The position numbers and the translations under genes are program-made. Source: an uncultured bacterium (GTDB lineage: Bacteria; Verrucomicrobiota; Verrucomicrobiia; Limisphaerales; UBA8199). Taken from it: DNA of 64,000 nucleotides. This document shows positions 20,718 through 30,844 of this stretch, piece after piece. The notes below the pieces were generated by a model, which saw only the letters and a list, made by a program, of their open reading frames with translations, was not told where the DNA came from and did not search any database. Position 1 is the stretch's first letter. Each line of letters opens with the position of its first letter. Location: NCBI GenBank assembly GCA_963749495.1, contig CAVVMW010000021.1, positions 192,001-256,000 of the forward strand, written 5' to 3'.

Positions 20718-20755
20718 AACAGGGTTAAGTTAATTGATCCGAATTACACCGCGGT

Positions 20756-21154
20756 TCACATATCCAGTCTGTCGGTCGCCCGCACCCACGGGATGGCGTG
20801 AAAATGCTGGTCGAATGTCAGCACCACAGCCTGCACTCGCTTGGCGGAACAGGCGATCACTACGTCGGTTAGCGGCAGGACTATCCCCTGCCGGTCCAGT
20901 TCCCAAGCGGCCCTCGCCACCTCATCCCACAAGCGAGCATCCGTGGGCACGTTGATCATCACGTCCCAAAAGGCCCGGAAACGCTCCCGGACTTTCTCAG
21001 GCCGGAGCACCCGCCCCACCTCGCACCGGACGATCCCGCAAATGACCAGGTCCCGCGTCGCGGCGATCAAGGCCAGGGCCTTCAAGGGGTCCTGGCCCTG
21101 GCGCAGCAGGCCGATGTAATAGCTGCTATCTACGAGCACGGCGCTTGGGCCCAT
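20756..21154 (-). CDS. vapC: VapC PIN toxin
   Basis: VLVDSSYYI, VRCEV, LTDVVIA, LTFDQHF. Confidence 0.85.
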   Translation of the reverse strand: MGPSAVLVDSSYYIGLLRQGQDPLKALALIAATRDLVICGIVRCEVGRVLRPEKVRERFRAFWDVMINVPTDARLWDEVARAAWELDRQGIVLPLTDVVIACSAKRVQAVVLTFDQHFHAIPWVRATDRLDM

Positions 21155-21386
21155 AAGTGACGGGGGTTTCGCTGCGGCGCATGGCAGCCAGGTCGTAAGC
21201 GGGATCGACCGTCTCCTTCAACTCATCCGGCCCCAGCCCCAACCCGCCCGCGCTCAAGCTCATGAGCGTGGCTCTCCTGTCCATTTCTCTCAAGGCCAGG
21301 TCAACCGCGTAGGTCTTGCTGGTGGTGCCGGCGGCCTTCATCACTTTGGCCAGCAATGCTTCATCTATGTGCATCGTCATCTTCAT
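21126..21386 (-). CDS. vapB: VapB antitoxin
   Basis: MKMTMHIDEALLAKVMKAAGTTSKTYAVDLALRE; overlaps vapC. Confidence 0.85.
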   Translation of the reverse strand: MKMTMHIDEALLAKVMKAAGTTSKTYAVDLALREMDRRATLMSLSAGGLGLGPDELKETVDPAYDLAAMRRSETPVTYGPKRRARR

Positions 21387-21668
21387 GCCATACTTTATAT
21401 GGCATTCCACCCATACTGTCAACTCTTTTCTCAACTTTTTTTCATGCCTGGGGCGCAACGCCGGGAGCGCACTTCTCCTCGCCTGTGCGGCCTTGCCCGC
21501 TGGGCGCATCCCGACACCGCCCCCGGAGCGCCGGCTTCAGCCGGCTTTGCGCGCACCTGCACCCCTTTGGCCCCCTGTGAACATTGAACGTCCAAAGCCG
21601 GCTGAAGCCGGCGCTCCGGCCCTTCGGCGTCGGTGGCGGGGGTAGGGTCCCGATGCGCCCTTGCTCGC

Positions 21669-22833
21669 TCACACGGCCCTCCGCAGCTTGACCCATTGCC
21701 GGCGCTTGTGGCTCTTCAGGATGGCCTCGCACACGGCAACCTCCTGGTGCCCGTCTTCCGCGGTGGCAAAGAGTCTCTCGCCGCCCATGCCCGCAATCGC
21801 CCCATAGACCGAGCGGAAGAAGCATCTTGAAGGTGTCGGGAAAGCCTTCCACGTGGCCGGCTGGGTAATCGATGCACGGCGCCGCATCGGGGCCGAACGC
21901 CGGCGTGCCGCGCACGGCCACCTCGTTGGCGCGGTCGCGGTGGCCGTAGTGGAGCAGTTCGGGGTTCTCCGAGCACCACCAGGCCGACTGCTTCGAACCG
22001 TAAAGCTCGATGCGGATGCAGTTCTTCCGTCCGGCGGCGACCTGCGAGACCGCCAGGTTGCCCCGCGCGCCGCTGCTGAACTGCAGCAGCACGCTGGCAT
22101 AGTCCTCGGTTCGGACCCGGTACGGGGCATATCGCATCGCGCCGCCGGCCCTGGCGAAGGTCTGCACCTCGCCCAGCGGACGCCGCCGCGTCTTGTGCCA
22201 CGTTGCCAGGTCGGCGAACACCGCAGCAATCCGGGCGCCCAGAATGAAACAGGCGGCGTCGATCCAGTGCGTGCCGATGTCCGCCACCGCCCGCAGCTTC
22301 CCTCCCTCTTCCGGCAGCAGCCGCCAGTTGTAGTCGGTCTCCTTGAAGAGCCAGTCCTGGAAGTACGACCCATTCACGTGGATGATGTCGCCAAACTCGC
22401 CGCGCGCGACCATCCGGCGAAGCTGCAGGACGGCGGGGTAAAAACGCACATTGTAATTCACGGCGAAGACGGTGTTGGCGTTTTGGGTTCGTTCGAGGAT
22501 GCGCCGGGTTTGCCGCGTATTCATCGCCAGCGGTTTCTCGCACACACAATGTTTGCCAGCGGCCAGCGCGGCCAGCGCCATCTCGCAATGCAACCGGTTC
22601 GGCGCGGCGATGTGAACCACATCGATCCCGGGCGCGCGAAGCAGCTCCCGGTAATCACCGTAACCCCGCGCAATGCCCAGTCTGGCGGCGGCGCTCTCGA
22701 CGCGCTCCGGCACGTCGCACAGCGCCGCCACCTGGACACCCAGGCGCCGCAGCGCCTCGATGTGTGCCGGGCCGATGAAGCCCGTGCCGATGACCCCGGC
22801 GCGAAGTTGGTGGATGGCTTTGGCTGCGCTCAT
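21669..22833 (-). CDS. Gfo/Idh/MocA oxidoreductase, frameshifted near 21820
   Basis: GVIGTGFIG, HCVCEKPL, ADIGTHW; C-terminus FRSVY...ATAEDG in a second frame. Confidence 0.88.
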
Positions 22834-22954
22834 GCGTGTCTCGGCGGCTATACATAAAGCCCGCCTCGGCAAAGACAAGCGCAAAAGGTGTTTACAGTGG
22901 CACCAAAAGCGGCACAACCCAGGTTCAGGGCGGGAAAATCAAGGAGATACAAGG

Positions 22955-23269
22955 TGGTGGGCGCGACAGGACTTGAACCTGCAAGAGTTTCCTCACGCGG
23001 TCCTAAGTGGTCATGAACATAAATACGATGGCGTATCCTCGATGCGCGGCAGGGCCGCCCCCAGGGTAGCGCAGACCTCCGAGTCTGCTGTCTCGCAGGT
23101 TTCCAAACCTGCGGGCCAACCGAGGTGCGGACGCGCGTGCCTTCACGGACGCGCAGCCGACTTGGAAGTCGGCGATACAGCAGACTCGGAGGTCTGCGCT
23201 ACGTCACCGTATTTGCGTCCGGTAGTACTAAGCCACGCGCCCAAGCTCGTGCGCATCGGCAATCGCTTA
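22955..23269 (-). pseudogene. Disrupted duplicate of tRNA-Leu(TAG) plus upstream flank
   Basis: 22955-23007 matches the tRNA 3' half (one mismatch). 23228-23269 matches the 5' part (D-arm deleted between gccacgcgc repeats) and the upstream flank of 30030-30113. Confidence 0.85.
23008..23227. mobile_element. 220-bp MITE inserted in the anticodon loop with CTAAG duplication
   Basis: ctaag at 23003-23007 and 23228-23232; imperfect terminal IRs (aaatacgatg / caccgtattt); internal long palindrome gtagcgcagacctccgagtctgctg / cagcagactcggaggtctgcgctac. Confidence 0.75.
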
Positions 23270-23380
23270 CCCTTCTTTGACAAAGGTCCCTTCCGCTGTT
23301 ACAATGGCCTCAGGCCTCCCAAGGTGAACTTGAGGGGCTTATTAGTTGTGCTGAACTGACGGACCGGGAAGATCGAAAGT

Positions 23381-25912
23381 ATGAACCATTGCTCACTCAT
23401 CAAGTTTACGTTTGCCCGCTGCACGCCGGCCGCGCTGCTCGGGGGCCTGTCGCTTTTCATGGCCACAACCAGCCAGGCCTCCGTGCTCTACTCCTGCCCA
23501 GGAGGCGCCGGAGGCGACTGGAATACGGAAGGGTTCTATATGCCCAGCTATCCCGGAATAACGCTGGATTCCGCGACCCTGAAGCTTCTCGGTTCCGTCG
23601 CTGGAACGTACCAGGTTTCGCTCACCGTTCGGAGCGGGGCTTATGACGGCCCGGTGTTGGGCACATCCACGGTCACGGTTGGCCTGAACGCCTCTTCTGG
23701 CGCCATGGTGAGCACGACGTTCCCGTTTCCGTCGGTGACGATGCCCAAGGGGGGCCTGGTATGTTTCATCCTCTCCGTAGTGTCAGGGCCGTACGGCATG
23801 GTTTACTACGATGTGGGAGGCGGCTGCACCGAGGTGATCGAGACCGAGGACACGAGTCCGCCGTTGAGCTCATTCCGCCGGGACGGCGTGGACCTTACGC
23901 TGACGGGCGCGCTCGGGACGATCGCCCCGGGGTGGTCGATTCAAGCCGCGATCAACGCGGCCGTTCCCGGAGAAACCGTCTTCGTGGGGCCCGGGACGTT
24001 TCACGAGGACCTCTACCTCAGGAGCGGGATCAGCGTGGTGGGGTCGGGATTCGACTCCACATTCCTGCAAGGCACGGGCGATGTCCGCGTGGTGAACTCG
24101 ATCAGCGTCACCAACTCGCGGTTCGCTGGGTTCCAAATCACCGGGTGCGGGAACAGTTTCGTTTCCGCGGGCGTTTGGATCAACGGTGGCAACCTGATGT
24201 TGGACGACAACTGGATCCTGGGCAACACCAACGGCGTCTGGATAAATCCGGGCAGCAGCCCGATTGTCCGCAACAACCTCATTGATCGCAACGGCAATCC
24301 CAGAGGCGGCAGCGCCTACGCGGGCATCGTTTACCAGAACTCAACCCCGCTGATTACGGGCAATGTCATCCTGAACGGTCCGGACGAGGGCATCCGCGGT
24401 GAAACCTGGAGCGGACCGGTGACGGGGGCGCAGATCATCAATAACACCATCGTGGGAAATCCCGCTTATTCCACTTTTGGCATCGAGGGCTGGTACGGCG
24501 CGATGCCCACGATCAAGAACAATATCATCGCCACCAACGCCATCGGCATCAATGGCACCACCCCGGCGGGTCCGCTCAGTTCCTTCAACGATCTGTGGGC
24601 CAATCGCGTGGCCAACTACTCCGGCACCGCGGTCCCGGGTCCGGGCGATCTCGCGCTCGATCCGCTATTCGACCCTGCTTCGCCCAGCCTCTTTGCCCTG
24701 GCCATCGGGTCACCCTGCATCCACGCCGGTGATCCCGGCCCCATCTACAACAACCCGGACGGCACGCGCAACACGATGGGGGCCTATGGGGGCCCCAGCG
24801 CCCTGACTCCCGGCGTCCTGACCAGCCTCACGTCCGGTTTCCTCTTTAGCAGCATTGGCAGCATCCCGGCTTCTTCGATCTCGACCACGGTGCCGCGGGC
24901 CGGTTTAGCGACTGTTGACAGCGCCACCGCCAGCGCCCTCCAGATCCCGCAGTGGGAAGACGCTCCGTTTGGCGGCCAGGTCCAACTCCACGGCCTGTTC
25001 GGCTCGAGCGACACCTCGGTGCACTACTATCAGATCCTGGGCGCCAAGTGGAATGGCGATACTCCGCCCGGTCCGAGCGACTTCGTGCCGATCCTGGATC
25101 CGCTCAGCAAAATCAAGTACACTATCGGCAGCGGTGGAGTGGTGGTCGCCTCGCTGGTCAACGTCGGTCCGGACGCCAACGGCCTGTATATGCGCACGGA
25201 TCTCCCGGATTCCGGCTACTGGACTTCGCCCAACCTGAAACTGCTGCTGAACACGGTGGCGCTCCAGAATTCCCGTTATGATTTCATCTGCCGCGCTTAT
25301 GCCAGCGACAACCTTTCCTCCCAGGTCACGCTCCCCGGCAATTCCTTGAGCAACGTGACGCTGTGGATCGATAACAACGGCGTGGTGGTCAACCTGACCA
25401 ATGTGCTCGATGTGAGCGGCAATATCATCTCCGAGTGTGGCATTATCCCGCTTGCCACCGGCGGGCAGAACCTCCAGTTCCAGTTCACGGCCTATCACCC
25501 GAGCGGGTTCCTCTACAGTTATTCCCTCGGTTCTTACTATGGCCGCAACCGCTACGGTGGCTACATCGCCGCGGACCAATACGCCGGCACGCACGACAGT
25601 CCCGGCCCGTTCTGGAGCGGCGTCGGCCCGGGAACCTCCATCTCTAACTCCTTGCCGGCCCAGGTTGCCGGCACTCTGGCCGGCTGGCAGACCTGCGCTT
25701 ACCAATTTCAATTGTCCGCTTGGGCCCGCACCACCGACGGGGTCAACCGCATTTATTGGAACACCTTCAACGACCACTATTACATTAACGTCGGCCCGGC
25801 GCTCCCGGGCGGTTGCCTGGGCGACCTCAATGGGGACGGCCGGGTCAATGGGGCGGATTTGGTCATCTTTGCCCAGCGGTTTGGCACCAATTGCGCTCCG
25901 ACGGGGCCCTAG
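23381..25912 (+). CDS. Secreted parallel beta-helix protein with C-terminal dockerin-like motif
   Basis: Signal peptide; SIQAAINAA...VGPGTF, NNTIVGN, SPCIHAGDP...RNTMGAYGG; ends GDLNGDGRVNGADLVIFAQRFG. Confidence 0.8.
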   Translation: MNHCSLIKFTFARCTPAALLGGLSLFMATTSQASVLYSCPGGAGGDWNTEGFYMPSYPGITLDSATLKLLGSVAGTYQVSLTVRSGAYDGPVLGTSTVTVGLNASSGAMVSTTFPFPSVTMPKGGLVCFILSVVSGPYGMVYYDVGGGCTEVIETEDTSPPLSSFRRDGVDLTLTGALGTIAPGWSIQAAINAAVPGETVFVGPGTFHEDLYLRSGISVVGSGFDSTFLQGTGDVRVVNSISVTNSRFAGFQITGCGNSFVSAGVWINGGNLMLDDNWILGNTNGVWINPGSSPIVRNNLIDRNGNPRGGSAYAGIVYQNSTPLITGNVILNGPDEGIRGETWSGPVTGAQIINNTIVGNPAYSTFGIEGWYGAMPTIKNNIIATNAIGINGTTPAGPLSSFNDLWANRVANYSGTAVPGPGDLALDPLFDPASPSLFALAIGSPCIHAGDPGPIYNNPDGTRNTMGAYGGPSALTPGVLTSLTSGFLFSSIGSIPASSISTTVPRAGLATVDSATASALQIPQWEDAPFGGQVQLHGLFGSSDTSVHYYQILGAKWNGDTPPGPSDFVPILDPLSKIKYTIGSGGVVVASLVNVGPDANGLYMRTDLPDSGYWTSPNLKLLLNTVALQNSRYDFICRAYASDNLSSQVTLPGNSLSNVTLWIDNNGVVVNLTNVLDVSGNIISECGIIPLATGGQNLQFQFTAYHPSGFLYSYSLGSYYGRNRYGGYIAADQYAGTHDSPGPFWSGVGPGTSISNSLPAQVAGTLAGWQTCAYQFQLSAWARTTDGVNRIYWNTFNDHYYINVGPALPGGCLGDLNGDGRVNGADLVIFAQRFGTNCAPTGP

Positions 25913-25963
25913 CGCGCGACAGACAACCTGGCAAAGTCAATTCCGAATGAGAAACGGCTCCCT

Positions 25964-26704
25964 ATGAAATCAAGTCTCTCTCTCTGTGCGTTGGCGCTCG
26001 CAGTTTGGGCGCTCCCGCCGCAACCCGTCGCCGCCGGGGTGAATCTGTATGGCGAGATGGCGTCGAGTGGCTCGACCGCCACCGTGAATCTCTACGCCGA
26101 CACCTCGACCAGTTCGCTTATGAGCTTCGGTGTCCGGCTGCTATATGACACCAATAACCTGTACGTCATCGCCGCCGCCAAAAACACGGCGGTGTGGTAT
26201 CTCTCGACCGGGGGCACCAACATCCCCTACCTCGACCCGGACACGTCCGTTCCTGGACAAGTCACCATCCTGGGCGCCAAACTCGACACTCTCAACCCGC
26301 TGCAAGGCGTATCCGGCCAGCATGTCCTCCTCGGCATCGTGACGTTCGGACGGCTCAGCGCCACCACCCCCCAATTCACGCTGGCCCTCGGACGACCGAG
26401 CGCCTTCGACAACTTCGTTACCACCGGCGGCGACGTGCTGGATAACGCCGCGGGCGGCGTCGTCATTGACACCGTGTACACCCTGAGAATGACCGGCGTG
26501 ACACTTGTCTCGGGCGGCGTTTCTGTCCAATGGCAGGGCGGAATCCAGGCGACGGAGTTCCTGCAGCGGCGGTTCTGCTTGGGCACCAATGACCAATGGG
26601 TCAACATCTTCACCAATCCGCCTCCGACCGCTCCCACAGTCACCTACACCGATCCGATCGGCACAAACCGGTTGATGTTCTACCGAGTCCGCGCCCAGCC
26701 CTGA
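25964..26704 (+). CDS. Secreted cohesin-like protein with C-terminal FYR domain
   Basis: Signal peptide; SFGVRLLYDTNNLYV, PGQVTILG, GQHVLLGIVTF; ends MFYRVRAQP. Confidence 0.6.
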   Translation: MKSSLSLCALALAVWALPPQPVAAGVNLYGEMASSGSTATVNLYADTSTSSLMSFGVRLLYDTNNLYVIAAAKNTAVWYLSTGGTNIPYLDPDTSVPGQVTILGAKLDTLNPLQGVSGQHVLLGIVTFGRLSATTPQFTLALGRPSAFDNFVTTGGDVLDNAAGGVVIDTVYTLRMTGVTLVSGGVSVQWQGGIQATEFLQRRFCLGTNDQWVNIFTNPPPTAPTVTYTDPIGTNRLMFYRVRAQP

Positions 26705-26816
26705 CCTCGGGCTGGGAAACATGATTTTTAGCTCCAAGGCGGCATTCTCGTTTGCAGCGGCCGATAAATGCAGATGAGGCCTTCGGCATTTAAAACTGTT
26801 TCAGCCGTTGGGCTGG

Positions 26817-27458
26817 TTACTTGCGTGCGGCTCCATGAGCTGCCAGATGGCTGTTATGCGCCTCTTGCGCATGCGAGACTTGCACCGGCGTCGGGCCTTG
26901 ATGGGGCGCGCGGCTTGCCTCCACTTCGCCCCTCGAGGGTTGTGCCTTGATTCCGCCTTTGCCGCTGAACCCATGATTCGGACCCTTGATAACCCGAACC
27001 ACCGAGCGGTCCTCGTAAGTATTGTGCACCTTGTTGCGGTCCACGTTCGAGATGACCGTGTTATGCCGGAACACGCCCCCCTCCCAACGTCCGCCGGTGA
27101 AGCCTGAGCCGAAGTAGCCGTTGCCGTAATTGATGCCGCCGTAGAAGCCGACTTGCGCGCCCCAATACCCTTCGTGCCAGGTGTACCTGCGGCCGACGAG
27201 GCCCCAATAACCGGGCGTCCAGAGGAGCCCCACGCTGGGAGGGAGAACCCAATGACCCGGCACCCAGTAATAGCCATAATCACCGTACTGATAGTAGCCA
27301 GGCGTCCAAATGTACCCGTTGCCAGGGCAGGGGGCCTGATCGAAGACGGCGATGGGCGGCGGCGCGATGTTCACCGAAAGCTGAATTCCGGCGAAGGCGC
27401 GCGTTCCGAAGAAAGCGGCCAGCACCAGAATCAAAAACATTGTGAGTTTGTGTTTCAT
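26817..27458 (-). CDS. YXWGXW-repeat secreted protein
   Basis: GYIWTPGYY, YYWVPGHW, LLWTPGYW, YTWHEGYW, GFYGGINYG. Confidence 0.9.
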   Translation of the reverse strand: MKHKLTMFLILVLAAFFGTRAFAGIQLSVNIAPPPIAVFDQAPCPGNGYIWTPGYYQYGDYGYYWVPGHWVLPPSVGLLWTPGYWGLVGRRYTWHEGYWGAQVGFYGGINYGNGYFGSGFTGGRWEGGVFRHNTVISNVDRNKVHNTYEDRSVVRVIKGPNHGFSGKGGIKAQPSRGEVEASRAPHQGPTPVQVSHAQEAHNSHLAAHGAARK

Positions 27459-27493
27459 CTTTGAGTTCTCCTTCCCGGTCTGTTCAAACTGAT

Positions 27494-27575
27494 ACTGATA
27501 GGAATTTGCTTGTTGACGAGGCGCGATTCAGGGAGAATCGCTTTCATCGTCGTGTTCATTTGCCAACGATTTTAC
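27494..27575 (-). mobile_element. Degenerate IS91-like oriIS terminus (AAGCAAATTCCTATCAGT)
   Basis: 18-nt identity to the reconstructed intron-free site at 3325/2508; adjacent gggagaat..ttt..cgtc..tcatt segment shared with about 3375-3410. Confidence 0.6.
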
Positions 27576-27651
27576 GCCTTTGCCGGCGCACGGCAAGCTG
27601 TTTTTAGGTTTTTCGATAAAGGGAGGCGGCCTCAAACCGGCGGCGGCTGAT

Positions 27652-29964
27652 TCATTCCAGTCTCAATCGGTAGAAGACCGCAGGGTTGGTCGTGTACAAC
27701 CAATAAGCCGTGCCCGACAGGTTTGTGGCAATGGCGGACCATCTCTGCGTTTTGAGGTCCGTGCAACTCTCCACGTCCACGCCATAGGTCTCGCCGCTCC
27801 AGAGCAGTCCCGAGACCCCGCCCACGCGAGACAGTCGGGTCAGGCGGAGCGGGAGCCCTCGGGCGCACAGCACTTCGCGTCCGGAAGACGGGCCTGAAAA
27901 CACCAGATGCGGCACCGAGTCTCGCACGGCCAGAGCCAGCCCCTGGTTCAGTGATAGCTGGCTGGCTTCAATTGTCTGCACCCTCCAAGTCAGATTGGTG
28001 GGGATGCCGTATCCGAAGGCGTGTCTTAAGAAGCGGTCCTCAGATATATACACGAGGTAGTGGCGGCCTGACTCGTCCATCGCGTAGGATGCGGAGCCAG
28101 GGTCTTGCGGCGACGTGTCCACGTCCTGCACATGCCAGCCGGCTCCGTCGCGCCAGGCAAACAGGGCGCCTCGATCGGCGTCCACAGAAGCGATGCACGG
28201 CTGGCCGTCTCCGTTGAAAGCCAGCGTGGGCTGGGCGACCAGCCACTGACTGGTCTCGACGCTCTCTGAGTGCCAAAGCAGGACCCCAAGGTGCCAACTG
28301 CAAATGGCGCACATCAGAACCCCGGGATCGCCGCTGGCGTAAGCGATTGACGGCGCACCCGAGGGCCCCAGGGCCAGCGAGGTTCCTAGATCCGAGATCG
28401 TTCCGGCGTTGTCCAGAGTGAACAGATGCCAGCCTTTGGCATCCTTGTAGGCGCACTTGAGATTGCCGCCCGCCACGTAGCTGATCCACGGCATGTTGTC
28501 GCCGTCCAACGCAAGGGAACAGCTCTGTCCTCCTCCCGTATCGACGGTTTCCACATTCCACTTTCCCAATAGGCCGGTCTTGACGAATGCGGCAAACCGA
28601 AGCGCGTTGGAAGCGCCACTGTAATAGGCGACGGCGGGATCTCCGTTCGAGGCCAGTTTCAACGACGTGCTCCCCATCACGCCGTCATCCAAGACGGTGA
28701 CATCCCAGCCGGTTTCAATCTGCTGCGCGTATGTCAGATGCTGCTGCCGCACGTCCACCCAAGTCGCATGCACCACGCCCGACGGGTCGGTCGCCACCGA
28801 GCAATACTGCGGGGCGGAACGCGCCTGGTCCACGATCTCCACTGACCAGGAGGCCCCGCTGGGCGAGGCGTATATCAGTTGCTCAAGGGCGCCATCGTAG
28901 TTGCCGATCTGGGGCTCGCCCGAGGCGTTGACAGCGATGGAGGAAGACCATCCGGCGTTGGTTCCGGCAGCCACCGTTGCGCTCGTGCCATCGGTCACAT
29001 TCCTATAGAGGAGGATGTTGTCATAGGGATCGAAGTAGCTGACGTGCAGCTTCCCGGCGCGCATGGCCGCCGAAATGTCATACGCGACCCAGGGGGTTTC
29101 CGACGAATCGATAGCCTCCTCCTGCCAGGTGACGCCGTCGAAGTGCGTGTAAATCAGATACGAGGGAGTCATGAAAGGATCGTTTCTGGCGTACACGACA
29201 TGGGGCCGGTCGGCGGCGTCGAGCGCCAAGGCCGGATAAGAGTCACCCCCCTCGGCGCTGCCGAAGGAGGTTCGCGTCCAGACGCCGTTCAGCTCGCGTT
29301 GCGCGTGCGTCAACGGCTTGTTATTGCGGCTGAACACCACCTGGGTCCGCCCGGCGCTGTCGATCATCATGTCGGCATAGTTCTGCGTATCGCCGGCGGC
29401 ATTGCTGTACACCGTTTCGATGTGCCAAAGGTTGGTGTCGCGGTAGGCATACAGCACGTCGCCGGAGGGACTGAAAAAGAGAAGGCTGGGTTGTTCGGCA
29501 GTGTTCACAGCCACGGTGATCGACCGGCCGGTGTCCGCGGTGGCCACAGTCTCGATCCGCCAATGCCAGAACACAGGAAAGGACCCCAGTGACACCCACT
29601 TCGCGCACTTCACCTGGCCTGCGGATGCGTCGAAGTATCCGATGCAGGTCGAACTGGAGCCAGGCGCCAGCGCGATGCTGGCATGAGCGCCCATGCCCGG
29701 CCCGGTATCCACCACGGTGATCTGCCATTCCGAGCCGTCATACCACGCGTTGTAAAGATCGCGGCCACCGTAAGCGATCTGCGGGAGGCCGTTGCCATCG
29801 AGCACGAGGCTCCGGGGGGACACGTCCTCGAACCATTTGCCCGGCTGGATCGTCGAAACCTCCCAGTCGAAGGCGCGCGAAAGGCAGGGCCCAAAGAGCG
29901 TCGCGGTGAAAACGGTCAGAAAACGCATCATGAGATACACACCGCGCCCAACAGGAGTGTTCAT
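27652..29964 (-). CDS. Secreted beta-propeller-like repeat protein with C-terminal FYRL domain
   Basis: Repeated S(I/L)AL..G.P.I.Y...W..ETVD units; ends AVFYRLRLE. Confidence 0.75.
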   Translation of the reverse strand: MNTPVGRGVYLMMRFLTVFTATLFGPCLSRAFDWEVSTIQPGKWFEDVSPRSLVLDGNGLPQIAYGGRDLYNAWYDGSEWQITVVDTGPGMGAHASIALAPGSSSTCIGYFDASAGQVKCAKWVSLGSFPVFWHWRIETVATADTGRSITVAVNTAEQPSLLFFSPSGDVLYAYRDTNLWHIETVYSNAAGDTQNYADMMIDSAGRTQVVFSRNNKPLTHAQRELNGVWTRTSFGSAEGGDSYPALALDAADRPHVVYARNDPFMTPSYLIYTHFDGVTWQEEAIDSSETPWVAYDISAAMRAGKLHVSYFDPYDNILLYRNVTDGTSATVAAGTNAGWSSSIAVNASGEPQIGNYDGALEQLIYASPSGASWSVEIVDQARSAPQYCSVATDPSGVVHATWVDVRQQHLTYAQQIETGWDVTVLDDGVMGSTSLKLASNGDPAVAYYSGASNALRFAAFVKTGLLGKWNVETVDTGGGQSCSLALDGDNMPWISYVAGGNLKCAYKDAKGWHLFTLDNAGTISDLGTSLALGPSGAPSIAYASGDPGVLMCAICSWHLGVLLWHSESVETSQWLVAQPTLAFNGDGQPCIASVDADRGALFAWRDGAGWHVQDVDTSPQDPGSASYAMDESGRHYLVYISEDRFLRHAFGYGIPTNLTWRVQTIEASQLSLNQGLALAVRDSVPHLVFSGPSSGREVLCARGLPLRLTRLSRVGGVSGLLWSGETYGVDVESCTDLKTQRWSAIATNLSGTAYWLYTTNPAVFYRLRLE

Positions 29965-30029
29965 GTTGCGGAGGCTAAACCTCGGCGGATGATTGTCAAG
30001 ATCCAGGATTCTATTGATCTTTCTTGAAG

Positions 30030-30113
30030 TGGTGGGCGCGACAGGACTTGAACCTGCAAGAGTTTCCTCACGTGGTCCTAAGCCACGCGCGTCTGCCATT
30101 CCGCCACGCGCCC
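30030..30113 (-). tRNA. tRNA-Leu(TAG), CCA encoded
   Basis: GGGCGCGTGGCGGAATGGCAGACGCGCGTGGCTTAGGACCACGTGAGGAAACTCTTGCAGGTTCAAGTCCTGTCGCGCCCACCA folds as a cloverleaf with a long variable arm. Confidence 0.96.
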
Positions 30114-30349
30114 AAGCTCGTGCGCATCGGCAATCGCTTATCCTCTTTTACCACTAAACCGGCCAGGGTGAAACCAAATTTAGCGCGTTGCAGAACCTGA
30201 ATCCCCGGGGTCCCCACCTCCATTGGCGACCGTCGTCACTTGCCACTCTAGACTGCAACTCGCCAACGCGCTATCGGGTAAAACCCTCACTCCCGAGGCG
30301 GGCACTACTGTCTTGGCTCTGTTCAAACGCGGAGACGCAAAGACATTCC

Positions 30350-30844
30350 TCACTGCGCCGGGAAACCGTCCTTGTCGGCCGGGTTGACGAAGACCAGTTC
30401 GGCCCCGGCCGGATCGCGCTGGACCAGGGCCGCGGGCCGTCCCCCGAGCAAGGCAAACAACTGTTCGTCGCCGATCCGCTCAAACGTGTTGCCGGCAGGC
30501 GCGGTCCTGACCCACGCGACCGCGGAGGTGGAAGTCCCTATCAGGCCCGCTCCCACGCGTCGTGTGGTCACGATCATCCCTGCCTCCAGCGGCCGGGAAT
30601 GGACCACGAGCGGATTGTCGGGGCCGGGTTGCGGGGCGTTGCGCCGGGGCAGGAACCTTGCGGCGAGGGCCAGGACCGCCAGCGCGCAGGCCGCCGCCAG
30701 GATGCCCTGGGTCCTCCGGCGCCGGCGTTTTCGGTTCGCCACCGCATCGAGTGTCAGGCGGAGCAGGTCCTCACGAAAGGCCGGCGGAGCGGCTTCGGCC
30801 AGCACATCATTGAGGAGGGCGTCTTTTGCGGGATCAGTGTCCAT
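30350..30844 (-). CDS. Putative membrane anti-sigma factor
   Basis: One TM segment after RKRRRRR; overlaps the ECF sigma stop. Confidence 0.55.
   Translation of the reverse strand: MDTDPAKDALLNDVLAEAAPPAFREDLLRLTLDAVANRKRRRRRTQGILAAACALAVLALAARFLPRRNAPQPGPDNPLVVHSRPLEAGMIVTTRRVGAGLIGTSTSAVAWVRTAPAGNTFERIGDEQLFALLGGRPAALVQRDPAGAELVFVNPADKDGFPAQ

Noticed and set aside
22955..30113. Prophage or integrative element at tRNA-Leu
   Set aside because: No integrase or phage genes, and the duplication includes the tRNA 5' part and upstream flank.
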